Shown piece by piece: positions 1 through 8,213 of a stretch of DNA of 64,000 nt. The translations under genes and the position numbers were made by a program. This DNA comes from Bacilli bacterium (GTDB lineage: Bacteria; Bacillota_I; Bacilli_A; RF39; UBA660): positions 1,235 through 65,234 of the forward strand of contig JAFUTV010000025.1 of assembly GCA_017484125.1 (NCBI GenBank), in the 5' to 3' direction. Position 1 is the first letter of the stretch, and each line of letters opens with the position of its first letter. Under the pieces are notes generated by a model, which saw only the letters and a list, made by a program, of their open reading frames with translations, ran no database searches and was not told the DNA's origin.

Positions 1-799
1 TTTAAAAAATTTAACAAATCTAGATATAAGTTCATTTGATACCTCAAAAGTAACAAATATGATGGGGATGTTTTATGGAATGAGTAATTTAGTAACGCTA
101 GATTTAGGAAGAAATTTTGATACTTCCAAAGTAACAATTATGGGTGGTGACTATGGTGATAAGGGAATGTTTTCTGGATGTTCAAGTTTAGAAACATTAA
201 ATTTTGGAAATAAATTTGATACAACAAACGTAACAAATATGAGTGGCATGTTTTATGGAATGAGAAGTTTAACAAGTATAGATTTAAGTTCATTTAATAC
301 TTCCAAAGTAACAGATATGAGTAGTATGTTTAATGGAATGAGTAGTTTAACAAACTTAAATTTAAGTAACTTTGATACCTCAAAAGTAACAAATATGTCA
401 GGCATGTTTGCACATATGACTAATTTAGTCTCCCTTAATATTTCAAATTTTAATACTTTGCAAGTTACTCAAATGAGAGGAATGTTTAATAATACTTCAA
501 GCATAAGAATTTTAGATTTAAGTAGTTTTGATATTTCAAATGTAACAGAAATGGCAAATTCATCTGGGGATTTTGGTATGTTTCAATTATGTACTAATCT
601 TCAAACAATATATGTTGATCCAACAAAATGGAATACTAATTCAGTAACAATATCTGGTGTTATGTTTACAGCTGCTACTTCTCTCGTTGGTGGAGCTGGA
701 ACAACATATAGTTCAAGTCATACTGATAAAGAATATGCAAGAATAGATGGTGGAACATCTAGTCCAGGATATTTAACAGATATTGCAGATAAGGACTAA
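1..799 (+). CDS. BspA-like leucine-rich-repeat surface protein (DUF285-type repeats); 5' end lies outside the window
   Basis: Frame 2 is open from nt 2 (LKNLTNLDISSFDTSKVTNM...). It carries repeated ~26-aa units LxxLDLSxFDTSxVTNMxxMFxGM. The C-terminal ~60 aa (KEYARIDGGTSSPGYLTDIADK) are near-identical to the paralog at 30091..32184. Confidence 0.8.
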   Translation, partial: LKNLTNLDISSFDTSKVTNMMGMFYGMSNLVTLDLGRNFDTSKVTIMGGDYGDKGMFSGCSSLETLNFGNKFDTTNVTNMSGMFYGMRSLTSIDLSSFNTSKVTDMSSMFNGMSSLTNLNLSNFDTSKVTNMSGMFAHMTNLVSLNISNFNTLQVTQMRGMFNNTSSIRILDLSSFDISNVTEMANSSGDFGMFQLCTNLQTIYVDPTKWNTNSVTISGVMFTAATSLVGGAGTTYSSSHTDKEYARIDGGTSSPGYLTDIADKD

Positions 800-814
800 C
801 AAGTCCTTTTTTTT
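791..814 (+). terminator. Intrinsic terminator overlapping the stop codon of the LRR gene
   Basis: AAGGACT-AAC-AAGTCCTT hairpin followed by a T8 run. Confidence 0.65.
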
Positions 815-864
815 GACAATATTTTTACTATATTTATTTTATTATATTTATAGGTGAAATATAT

Positions 865-1041
865 ATGAAAGTAAAAATATTTGATGAGGAATCTGAAAAA
901 GATTTAGAATTTTCAATAAATGAATTTTTAAATAATGATAATTATGATATAATTGATATTAAGTACTGTGTATCTTCTTCAATGTTTGGTGAAGATCAAA
1001 TCTATTGTTTTAGTGCAATGGTATGGTACAATGAAAAGTAA
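865..1041 (+). CDS. cse60: Sporulation protein Cse60 (YteV)-like small protein, 58 aa; not in the supplied ORF track
   Basis: ATG at 865 lies behind AGGTGAAAT. The translation is MKVKIFDEESEKDLEFSINEFLNNDNYDIIDIKYCVSSSMFGEDQIYCFSAMVWYNEK. It carries the Cse60 pattern as I recall it (KV/LFDE..EKDLE...FL....I.DIKY.V.......EQIYCFSAM). The stop at 1039-1041 overlaps the next gene's start. Confidence 0.75.
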   Translation: MKVKIFDEESEKDLEFSINEFLNNDNYDIIDIKYCVSSSMFGEDQIYCFSAMVWYNEK

Positions 1042-2680
1042 GTGGTTTAAAGTGAAGAAAAGTTCGTTTATTGAGGGTACTTTTATTGCAACAGCAGCAA
1101 TTATTTTAGTAAAAATTATGGGAATGCTATATGTTATTCCTTTTTATGCTGTAATTGGTATTGAAGGAAGTGCTTTATATGCATATGCATATAATATTTA
1201 TAATATATTTTTAGATATATCTACTATTGGATTTCCTATTGCCATGTCTAAAATAACGAATGAATATAATACATTGAAGATGTTAGATGCTAAACAAAGA
1301 GCATATAAAATAGCTATTAATGTTATGAGATTTGTTAGTATTGCAGTATTTATAATGTTATTTTTGTTTGCTAAACCAATTGCATCATTAATTATTGGTA
1401 ATTTATCTGGTGGTAATACTATTGAAGATGTTACGACTGCCATTAGATTTGTATCGTTAGCAATTCTTGTTATACCTTATTTAAGTGTAACTAAAGGATA
1501 TTTACAAGGGCATAATATTATTAATATACCTTCTTTTGGTAATGTCTTAGAACAAGTAATTAGGATTTCTGTTGTTTTAATTGGATCATATTTTATGGTT
1601 GTTGTTCTTAATAAGAGTTATTCATTAGGTGTTGATATAGCACTTCTTGGTGCTTTCTTTGGTGGTATTGCTTCTTATACTTATATTAGAATAAGAATGA
1701 AAATGAATAAACAAGATTTAGGACTTGAAGAAAAAGTAAAAAAGGATAAAATAACTAATAAAGAAATATCTAAAAAGTTAATTAGGTATGCTGTTCCTTT
1801 TATTATAATTAATACTGTAGCATCTTTTTATAGTTTTGTAGATATGTTACTTGTTTTAAGAACTATGGAAAATTTAGGATTTGATGCCGTTAATGTTGAA
1901 TTTATTGCTACATCAATTAGTACTTGGGCAGGTAAAATAAATATGATTATTAATAGTATTGCTATGGGAATGACAATAAGTTTAATTCCAAGTGTAGTAG
2001 AGGCATATACTTTAAAGAATTTTGATGAAGTTGAAAAAAAGATTAATAGTTCTTTAAAAATGATTATTTATGTTTCTGTTCCAATGGCTGTGGGATTATG
2101 TATATTATCAAATAGTGTATGGTCAGTATTTTATGGAGCATCAAATATTGGTGCAACTATTTTAAAATTATCTGTTTTTTCTGCAGTATCACTTAATATT
2201 TATATGGTAACTCAATCTATTTGTCAGGGATTAAATAAGTTTAAAACAGTATATATTGCATCTATTACTGGATTTATAGTTAATGCATTGTTAGATGTTC
2301 CTATGATGCTATTATTTAATAATATTGGTTTACCACCATATTTAGGTGCTTTAGTTGCATCAATTATAGGTTATTTATCATCATCAATAATTGCACTATA
2401 TAAAATCAGAAGAGAATACAAAACAAATTATAATGAAACATTAAAAACATTATTAAAAATGTTAGTTCCATTAATATCTATGATACTTGTTTTATTAATT
2501 ATTAAATTATTAATACCTTATGATGTTGATTCGAAACTATCATGTATATTATTTATAGTAATTAATACTTTAGTTGGTGGATTTACATATTTTATAATTT
2601 CATGGAAAATGGGATTATTTAAAGATATTATAGGAACTCAAATGATAGATAAAATAAAGAAAAAGTTTACTCGTAAGTAA
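1031..2680 (+). CDS. MOP-superfamily flippase of the SpoVB / MurJ-like (polysaccharide biosynthesis protein) family
   Basis: The start is trimmed to ATG 1031 (MKSKWFKVKKSSFIEGTF...), because the track start at 953 runs through cse60. The protein has ~14 predicted TM helices. It resembles SpoVB/YtgP (FIEGT..L.AA.I..K..G.....P....IG.EG..LY, GYLQG, VLEQVIRISVV). Confidence 0.8.
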   Translation: MKSKWFKVKKSSFIEGTFIATAAIILVKIMGMLYVIPFYAVIGIEGSALYAYAYNIYNIFLDISTIGFPIAMSKITNEYNTLKMLDAKQRAYKIAINVMRFVSIAVFIMLFLFAKPIASLIIGNLSGGNTIEDVTTAIRFVSLAILVIPYLSVTKGYLQGHNIINIPSFGNVLEQVIRISVVLIGSYFMVVVLNKSYSLGVDIALLGAFFGGIASYTYIRIRMKMNKQDLGLEEKVKKDKITNKEISKKLIRYAVPFIIINTVASFYSFVDMLLVLRTMENLGFDAVNVEFIATSISTWAGKINMIINSIAMGMTISLIPSVVEAYTLKNFDEVEKKINSSLKMIIYVSVPMAVGLCILSNSVWSVFYGASNIGATILKLSVFSAVSLNIYMVTQSICQGLNKFKTVYIASITGFIVNALLDVPMMLLFNNIGLPPYLGALVASIIGYLSSSIIALYKIRREYKTNYNETLKTLLKMLVPLISMILVLLIIKLLIPYDVDSKLSCILFIVINTLVGGFTYFIISWKMGLFKDIIGTQMIDKIKKKFTRK

Positions 2681-2683
2681 GCT

Positions 2684-2995
2684 TTATACCATATACATAT
2701 TTGATGAAATATCAACACTTTCTAATTTTGAAGAATTTTCTAGTTTTGATATTCTGGCATCTAAACGATTTATTTGTCTTTCAAGTTTAGCTAATCTGGC
2801 TTCATAATCATCAAAATTATTGTAATTTGCTGGATTAGTTAAAACAGGTCCAGAGTAATAACTTTGTGATGCTTGTGCTGCAGACATTGGCACTTGATTC
2901 ATCATTGGATATCCCATATTCATATTCATGTCAGGCATATAGTTTTGAGTACTCATTGATGCTTCTTGAAAGAATGAATTACGATTTCTTAACAT
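2684..2995 (-). CDS. Hypothetical small protein with a Met/Asn/Gln/Tyr-rich N-terminus and a C-terminal coiled coil
   Basis: A strong SD (GGGAGGA) lies 8 nt upstream of the ATG on the minus strand. The protein has a heptad-like RLAKLERQINRLDARISKLE segment. I recognise no family. Confidence 0.6.
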   Translation of the reverse strand: MLRNRNSFFQEASMSTQNYMPDMNMNMGYPMMNQVPMSAAQASQSYYSGPVLTNPANYNNFDDYEARLAKLERQINRLDARISKLENSSKLESVDISSNMYMV

Positions 2996-3040
2996 GTTAG
3001 TTCCTCCCTATAATAAGTATATGAAAGAAGGTTAGTAGTT

Positions 3041-3667
3041 GTGCGAATTAGAAATTTAAAAAATACTGATGAAATTGTTAATAATTCTAAGTATTTAATT
3101 AAAAATCCTAAAGATTATAAAGGAAATTATAAAAAAATATTTAATAATAATAATCCTATACATTTAGAAATAGGTATGGGTAAAGGTGATTTTATAATAA
3201 ATATGGCTTTAGTAAATCCTAAAATAAATTTTATTGGTATAGAACTTCATACTAATGTTATTGCAAGAGCTTGCAAGAAATTAGAAAACTTAGAACTACC
3301 TAATTTAAGATTAATTAATGTTAATGCTTTAGAATTAAATGATGTTTTTGATAAAGAAATAGATTTAATATATCTTAATTTTTCTGATCCATGGCCTAAA
3401 AAAAGAAATAGTAATAGAAGATTAACTAGTGAAATATTTTTAAATATTTATGAAAAATTATTTAGAGATAAAAAAATAATTAGGCTAAAGACAGATAATA
3501 CTTTATTATTTGAATATTCTATTATTTCTTTAACAAATTATGGATATAAAATAGATGAGATATCATTAGATTTAGATAATAGTGATATTGAAAATATTGA
3601 AACTGAATATGAGACTAAGTTTAAAAGCAAAGGTATTAAAATTAATTATTTGAAAGCAATAAAATAA
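3041..3667 (+). CDS. trmB: tRNA (guanine46-N7)-methyltransferase
   Basis: GTG start. It carries the SAM-binding motif LEIGMGKGDF and the FSDPWPKKR motif typical of TrmB. At ~208 aa its size fits the Gram-positive TrmB. Confidence 0.9.
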   Translation: MRIRNLKNTDEIVNNSKYLIKNPKDYKGNYKKIFNNNNPIHLEIGMGKGDFIINMALVNPKINFIGIELHTNVIARACKKLENLELPNLRLINVNALELNDVFDKEIDLIYLNFSDPWPKKRNSNRRLTSEIFLNIYEKLFRDKKIIRLKTDNTLLFEYSIISLTNYGYKIDEISLDLDNSDIENIETEYETKFKSKGIKINYLKAIK

Positions 3668-3684
3668 GTTATTGCTTTTTTCTT
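3653..3684 (+). terminator. Intrinsic terminator after trmB
   Basis: Perfect 10-bp stem AAAGCAATAA/TTATTGCTTT with a 6-nt loop and a T-rich tail. Confidence 0.75.
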
Positions 3685-3733
3685 TAAAAAAAATAATATA
3701 TTTGATATAATATTTAAGACTAGGAGGAAACAA

Positions 3734-4372
3734 ATGAAAAAAATATTAATCCTATTAGCGTTTTTAATTATACTTACTGGATGTACAAAGATTAGTCAAT
3801 CTTCTTATTCAGAAATCATTTCGAGCGTAGTAACAAGTAAGTATGATATTAATAATGAATATAGAACAGGCTATAAATATTATATACCTAGTGGTATGTC
3901 ATCAATAAATAGTAATGATTATAATGAAGTTATTGCTTCATCTAGTCATAATTATTACTTATATGTTGATGTTGTAAGTTATTATAACAGAGTTATAAGC
4001 GAATATGATGTTAACCATGATGCATATTATTCTAATCCAATAAACTATGAAGATAAATTTGGCTATTTGGAAGTAAACAAACAGTCAAATGGAAAATATT
4101 TGGTTGAAATCATGTATAATTATGCTAAAATAGAAGTAATGGTAGAAGAGTGTGATTTGAAGAGTGCTATAACTAATTCAATAATTATTCTATCAAGTAT
4201 TAATTATAATAATGATATTTTGGGAAGTATCATTGGAGATAATGTTTTAGAATTTAATGAAGAAACATTTGATATCTTCAAAACTAAAAAGAAAGAAACT
4301 AATTTCCTTGATGTTGAAACAAGAGATGTAGATTTCAAAGAAGAGGTAGTTGATCCTGATTTAGTGGATTAA
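3734..4372 (+). CDS. Lipoprotein, function unknown
   Basis: Signal peptide with lipobox MKKILILLAFLIILTG|C, preceded by SD AGGAGGA. Confidence 0.75.
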   Translation: MKKILILLAFLIILTGCTKISQSSYSEIISSVVTSKYDINNEYRTGYKYYIPSGMSSINSNDYNEVIASSSHNYYLYVDVVSYYNRVISEYDVNHDAYYSNPINYEDKFGYLEVNKQSNGKYLVEIMYNYAKIEVMVEECDLKSAITNSIIILSSINYNNDILGSIIGDNVLEFNEETFDIFKTKKKETNFLDVETRDVDFKEEVVDPDLVD

Positions 4373-4387
4373 GAAAGGTGTTTGAAT

Positions 4388-5305
4388 ATGAGTATATTTA
4401 ATAAAATTAAAAATGTTTTATTTACTGAAGAAGACGAAACTGAAGAAATTCCGATGATTAGAAAAGAAGTTGCAACTCCAAAGATTGAAGAAAGTGTTGA
4501 AGAAGAAACTAGGTTTAAAAGTTTTAATTATGAGGAAGATAATGTTCCTTTAAAAGAGGAAGTTAAGATAGTAACACCAAGAGAAGAAGTAAAAATTGAA
4601 GAACCTAAAGTAGAACAACCAAAAGTTGAAGAAAAATCACCATTTCAATCTTTTGATGAAGAAGAATTTGATCGTATTGCTGCCATTAATAAAACAAGAT
4701 TAATGGAAAGAGATAGAAGAGCAAGGGAAGAAAAAGAAAAAAAATCATCATTATATAATGAAGTTAGAGAAGTTAAATATAGTGAGCCAAAGGAAGAAGA
4801 AGGTCATAGATTTAAACCATCTCCAGTTATATCTCCAGTATATGGAATATTAGACAAAAATTATACAAAGGATGATATTTTACCAAGAGCCTCTTCTGAA
4901 GGAACATTACCTAAGATAATGGATGTTGATGAAGTAAGACAAAAAGCTTTTGGAACTCTTGAAGATATTGAAAAAAATATAAAAGAGGAAAGTTTGGATA
5001 ATATTAAAATAACTTCATTTGAAAATAGTTTTGATGATAATGATATGGCTTCTCAAATTGAAGAGAAAGTAGAAAAAGAAATTGAAGAAAATGTTTCTAA
5101 AAAGGATATGTTCGAAGAAGAATTAGAAGCTAGTGAAGAGCAAGAACTCCCAAAAATTGAAGCAGAAGAAGAGCCAATAAAATTGGATGATTATTCTGAT
5201 ACTGCAAGTGAAGCAATAAATGAAGTAAAAAAAGAAGATGAACAAATTGAAAATGACTTATTTGATTTAATTGATTCAATGTATCAAGAAGAGGGTGGAA
5301 AATAA
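4388..5305 (+). CDS. Highly acidic Glu/Lys-rich hypothetical protein
   Basis: ATG 4388 follows AAAGGTG (the track start at 4382 is TTG). The sequence is low-complexity E/K/V-rich with a conserved-looking PSPVISPVYGILDK segment. Its stop overlaps the next gene (TAATG). Confidence 0.6.
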   Translation: MSIFNKIKNVLFTEEDETEEIPMIRKEVATPKIEESVEEETRFKSFNYEEDNVPLKEEVKIVTPREEVKIEEPKVEQPKVEEKSPFQSFDEEEFDRIAAINKTRLMERDRRAREEKEKKSSLYNEVREVKYSEPKEEEGHRFKPSPVISPVYGILDKNYTKDDILPRASSEGTLPKIMDVDEVRQKAFGTLEDIEKNIKEESLDNIKITSFENSFDDNDMASQIEEKVEKEIEENVSKKDMFEEELEASEEQELPKIEAEEEPIKLDDYSDTASEAINEVKKEDEQIENDLFDLIDSMYQEEGGK

Positions 5306-5610
5306 TGGTAATTGAATTCTTACAAGCGTATTTACCAATTATAATTTACATATTATTAATTGTAGTATTAATTGTTGCTATAATTATTGGTATTAAATTA
5401 TCTAACTTATTAGATAAAGTTAATCATGTTGCTGATAGTGTATCAGATAAGGTTGATTCTTTAAATGGTATATTCCATGCAATTGATTATGCAACTGATA
5501 AAGTTAATGATTTTACTACAAAAGCTGTTGATGTTATTGTTGGTGGAATTTCTAAACTTATTCACCGCAAATCAAAAAATAAGCAAAAAGAAGAGGAGGA
5601 AGATATATGA
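5305..5610 (+). CDS. DUF948-like membrane-anchored general-stress-type protein
   Basis: It has an N-terminal TM helix followed by an amphipathic D/K/V-rich helical region. It is coupled by TAATG upstream and ATGA downstream to a YtxH-like gene, a pairing common in Firmicutes. Confidence 0.55.
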   Translation: MVIEFLQAYLPIIIYILLIVVLIVAIIIGIKLSNLLDKVNHVADSVSDKVDSLNGIFHAIDYATDKVNDFTTKAVDVIVGGISKLIHRKSKNKQKEEEEDI

Positions 5611-6026
5611 AAAAGAAAGGATTTGGAAAATTTATTTTAGGAGCCGCTGTTGGTGCTGGACTTGGAGTTTTATTTGCACCAAAGAGTGGAGAAGAAACAA
5701 GAAAAGAATTAAAAAAGAAAATTGATGAATTACTTGAAAAAGCAAAAGATATAGATATTAAAGAAGTAAAAGAAAATATTGACAAAAAAATTGAAGAAAT
5801 AAAGGAAGAATTAGCTGATTTAGATAAAGAAAAAGTATTATCTTTAGCTAAAGAACAAGCAAGACATATTAAAAGCAAAGCAAATGATCTAGTTGAATAT
5901 GCAAAAGAAAAAGGAACACCAGTACTTGAAAAAGCTGCTAATTCTGTTAAAGAAAAAACTATTGAAGTTTTAGAGGCTACTTTAGAAAGATTAAAAGAAG
6001 CTGAAAATACAAAAAAAGCTAAATAG
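5607..6026 (+). CDS. YtxH domain-containing protein
   Basis: The N-terminus GKFILGAAVGAGLGVLFAPKSGEETRKELKKK is the YtxH signature. It is followed by a long charged helix. Confidence 0.8.
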   Translation: MKKKGFGKFILGAAVGAGLGVLFAPKSGEETRKELKKKIDELLEKAKDIDIKEVKENIDKKIEEIKEELADLDKEKVLSLAKEQARHIKSKANDLVEYAKEKGTPVLEKAANSVKEKTIEVLEATLERLKEAENTKKAK

Positions 6027-6053
6027 ATGTAAGTAAAGTTTACATCTTTTTTC
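6025..6053 (+). terminator. Intrinsic terminator
   Basis: AGATGTAA / TTACATCT stem with a 7-nt loop and a T5 run, overlapping the TAG stop. Confidence 0.7.
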
Positions 6054-6104
6054 TTGATAAAAATTATAAGTAATGTTATTATATTATTAAGAGTAGGTGT
6101 ATAT

Positions 6105-7976
6105 ATGAAAAAGTATTTTAATTTATTTATTTTATTTATAGGTACTATTTTTTTAATGATTCCAAGTGTTTTAGCTGCACCAAAAATTAATTCTGTAAGA
6201 CATATTGAATCTGATTTATATTATGTAAGTGCCGATGCAAATGGTGGAACTATTTCTGCTTATATTGTTGGAACAAGTCAAAGTAACGCTATTTCATTTT
6301 TAACCTCAAGTAGTGAAACATATATTACTGTTCCTAATGGTACATATAATATTTGGGTAAAAGATACTAAAGGAAATTATAGTGATGCATGGAAATTATA
6401 TGTTACTGATTCATGCTCAATAACATATGCAAATGATAAGACTGATACTGGTCATTATGAAAGATGCTATGTTAAATATTCTAGTGGTCAAGAAGTAGCA
6501 GCTGTTTCAGCTAGTGGTGCAACATGTGCAACAGGATATAATATGGATGCTGCCTATTCAACATTATCATATAATGATTGTGGTAATAAAAATCCTGCAA
6601 GTGTTGGGTTAGAATTTAGATATTGTAAAAAGCAATATGCTTATAAGTGTGTTAAAATACAATCACAAAATCCATCAGGTGGATCTAATAACAATAATTC
6701 CGGATCTGGAAATAAACAAGATGCATCTACATCAAATGCAAAATTATCAACATTATCAATATCTACTGGTAATATAGCTCCAAGTTTTTCATCTAGTACA
6801 TATAATTATAGTGCTAGTACTACAAGTGATTCAGTTACTATAAATGCATCACTTATGAGTAATAGTGCATCATTTGTTGATGGATATGGTCCAAGAACTG
6901 TTAATTTAAATTATGGAACAAATAATGTTCAAATTAGAACTAAAGATGGAAATTCAACAAATACATATACAATAAAAATAACTAGAAAAGATTCAAGATC
7001 ATCAACTAATACATTATCAACACTAAATATTAGTAATGGAACATTAGATCCTGCGTTTAATTCTTTAACTAATAATTATACTGTTAAAGTTGATAAAGAT
7101 GTAGAAAGTGTTGATATTACTGCAACTTTAAGCGATTCTAAATCATCATTTGTTGATGGATATGGTCCAAGAACTATTCAAATTAATGCAGGATATACAA
7201 GAGCTGCAATTAAAGTAAAATCTGAATCTGGTAGTGTTAGAACTTATTCTATTTTATTTGGTAAAGATGGTGGAGATGTTGATTTAGAAGAAACTGATTT
7301 TGCTGAGCTTGAGAGTTTAGAATTAAGTGATGGAACAATCGATTTTGATTCAAAAACATTTGATTATAATGTTTCAGTTGGATATGAAGTAACTAATATC
7401 AGAGTAACTGCTAAATCAAAACATGAAACTGATGAAGTTGTTGTTACTGGTGGTGAAAACTTAGAATTAGATAAATTAAATGAAATAACAGTTGATGTTA
7501 AATCTGAAGATGGAAAATATACTAATAAGTATACTATATATGTTACAAGAAAAGAAGAGGATTTACCTGTTTCATCAAATAGTTTATTACAAGATTTATC
7601 TATCGAAGGATATAAAATAAAGTTTGATGCTAAAAATACTGAATATGATGTTAGTGTTAAAGAGGGTGTAAGTGAACTTAAAATAAATGCTACACCATCT
7701 GATGAAAAATCAACAATAACAATTGAAGGAAATGAAAACTTATCTAATGGAAGTAAGATTAAAATTAGAGTTACTGCAGAAAATGGAACTTATACAGATT
7801 ATTTTATTGAAGTAAAACAAGTAGGTAAGGGTGGTAATGTTTTTCTAACAGTTTTAGTTATTCTTTTAATTATTATTGTAATGGCATATTTAGTTCTTAG
7901 AGCTATGGGATATAAGATATACTTTAATCTTGGTGCAATTAAAGAACAAATAGCAGGCTTATTTAAGAGAAAGTAA
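6105..7976 (+). CDS. Secreted, C-terminally membrane-anchored protein with four cadherin-like beta-sandwich repeats
   Basis: ATG 6105 follows GAGTAGGTG, and a signal peptide ends ...VLAA|PK. A Cys-rich N-domain is followed by four ~85-aa repeats beginning LSTLxIS.G.L.P.F...T..Y.V and ending Y.I.V.R. The protein ends in a C-terminal TM helix. Confidence 0.75.
   Translation: MKKYFNLFILFIGTIFLMIPSVLAAPKINSVRHIESDLYYVSADANGGTISAYIVGTSQSNAISFLTSSSETYITVPNGTYNIWVKDTKGNYSDAWKLYVTDSCSITYANDKTDTGHYERCYVKYSSGQEVAAVSASGATCATGYNMDAAYSTLSYNDCGNKNPASVGLEFRYCKKQYAYKCVKIQSQNPSGGSNNNNSGSGNKQDASTSNAKLSTLSISTGNIAPSFSSSTYNYSASTTSDSVTINASLMSNSASFVDGYGPRTVNLNYGTNNVQIRTKDGNSTNTYTIKITRKDSRSSTNTLSTLNISNGTLDPAFNSLTNNYTVKVDKDVESVDITATLSDSKSSFVDGYGPRTIQINAGYTRAAIKVKSESGSVRTYSILFGKDGGDVDLEETDFAELESLELSDGTIDFDSKTFDYNVSVGYEVTNIRVTAKSKHETDEVVVTGGENLELDKLNEITVDVKSEDGKYTNKYTIYVTRKEEDLPVSSNSLLQDLSIEGYKIKFDAKNTEYDVSVKEGVSELKINATPSDEKSTITIEGNENLSNGSKIKIRVTAENGTYTDYFIEVKQVGKGGNVFLTVLVILLIIIVMAYLVLRAMGYKIYFNLGAIKEQIAGLFKRK
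6741..7820 (+). repeat. Four tandem, diverged ~255-nt coding repeats (cadherin-like modules)
   Basis: Repeat starts are AKLSTLSISTG, NTLSTLNISNG, AELESLELSDG and SLLQDLSIEG. Repeats 1 and 2 share the internal SFVDGYGPRT string. Confidence 0.7.
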
Positions 7977-8027
7977 AAACAATATAAACTCCTAAATCAT
8001 ACAATATGTGTGAAAGGAGTTTTTATT

Positions 8028-8213
8028 ATGTATAGATATCCAAATATTTATAATAATGATGAAAGATTTGTTGGTACTTTCTTTGTTCCATTTTTACTGG
8101 GAGGACTTGCAGGATCTGCAGCGGTAGGACTTTCAAGACCAAGACCTGTTTATGTTAATCCTACATATTATCCAAGACCTTATGGTTATGGGCCTTACTA
8201 TCCTCACTACTGA
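8028..8213 (+). CDS. Small membrane protein with a Tyr/Pro/Gly-rich tail (61 aa), hypothetical
   Basis: ATG 8028 lies 8 nt after GAAAGGAGT. The protein has one TM helix (FFVPFLLGGLAGSAAVGL) and a tail PRPVYVNPTYYPRPYGYGPYYPHY. Its 3' end overlaps the convergent SEDS gene. Confidence 0.5.
   Translation: MYRYPNIYNNDERFVGTFFVPFLLGGLAGSAAVGLSRPRPVYVNPTYYPRPYGYGPYYPHY

Noticed and set aside
813-864. A sigma-A or sigma-E promoter for cse60 (TTGACA at 813-818).
   Set aside because: No acceptable -10 element lies at 16-19 nt spacing, and no CATA-type sigma-E -10 is present. In this AT-rich spacer any call would be guesswork.
953-1030. The 5' extension of the track ORF 953..2680 (MILSTVYLLQCLVKIKSIVLVQWYGT).
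   Set aside because: It overlaps the well-supported cse60 ORF in another frame. It also has no SD, and it precedes a typical flippase N-terminus that starts at ATG 1031.
1198-1443. Antisense ORF inside the flippase gene. Similar shadow ORFs occur at 12835..13029, 13527..13742, 14089..14602, 15280..15947, 16205..16603, 19371..19556, 20538..20936, 27678..27878, 30552..30782, 31356..31808, 35295..35570, 43255..43440, 45907..46095, 46809..47027, 48687..48932, 49842..50051, 56999..57382 and 58557..58793.
   Set aside because: All lie wholly or mostly inside strongly supported genes on the opposite strand. They have low-complexity or hydrophobic translations typical of AT-rich antisense frames, and none has a convincing SD.
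5465-5878. Alternative-frame ORF 5465..5725 (+) and antisense ORF 5558..5878 (-) across the DUF948/YtxH genes.
   Set aside because: Their translations are frame-shifted low-complexity K/R/L strings. The DUF948-like and YtxH-like frames carry recognisable family signatures and coupled start/stop overlaps.
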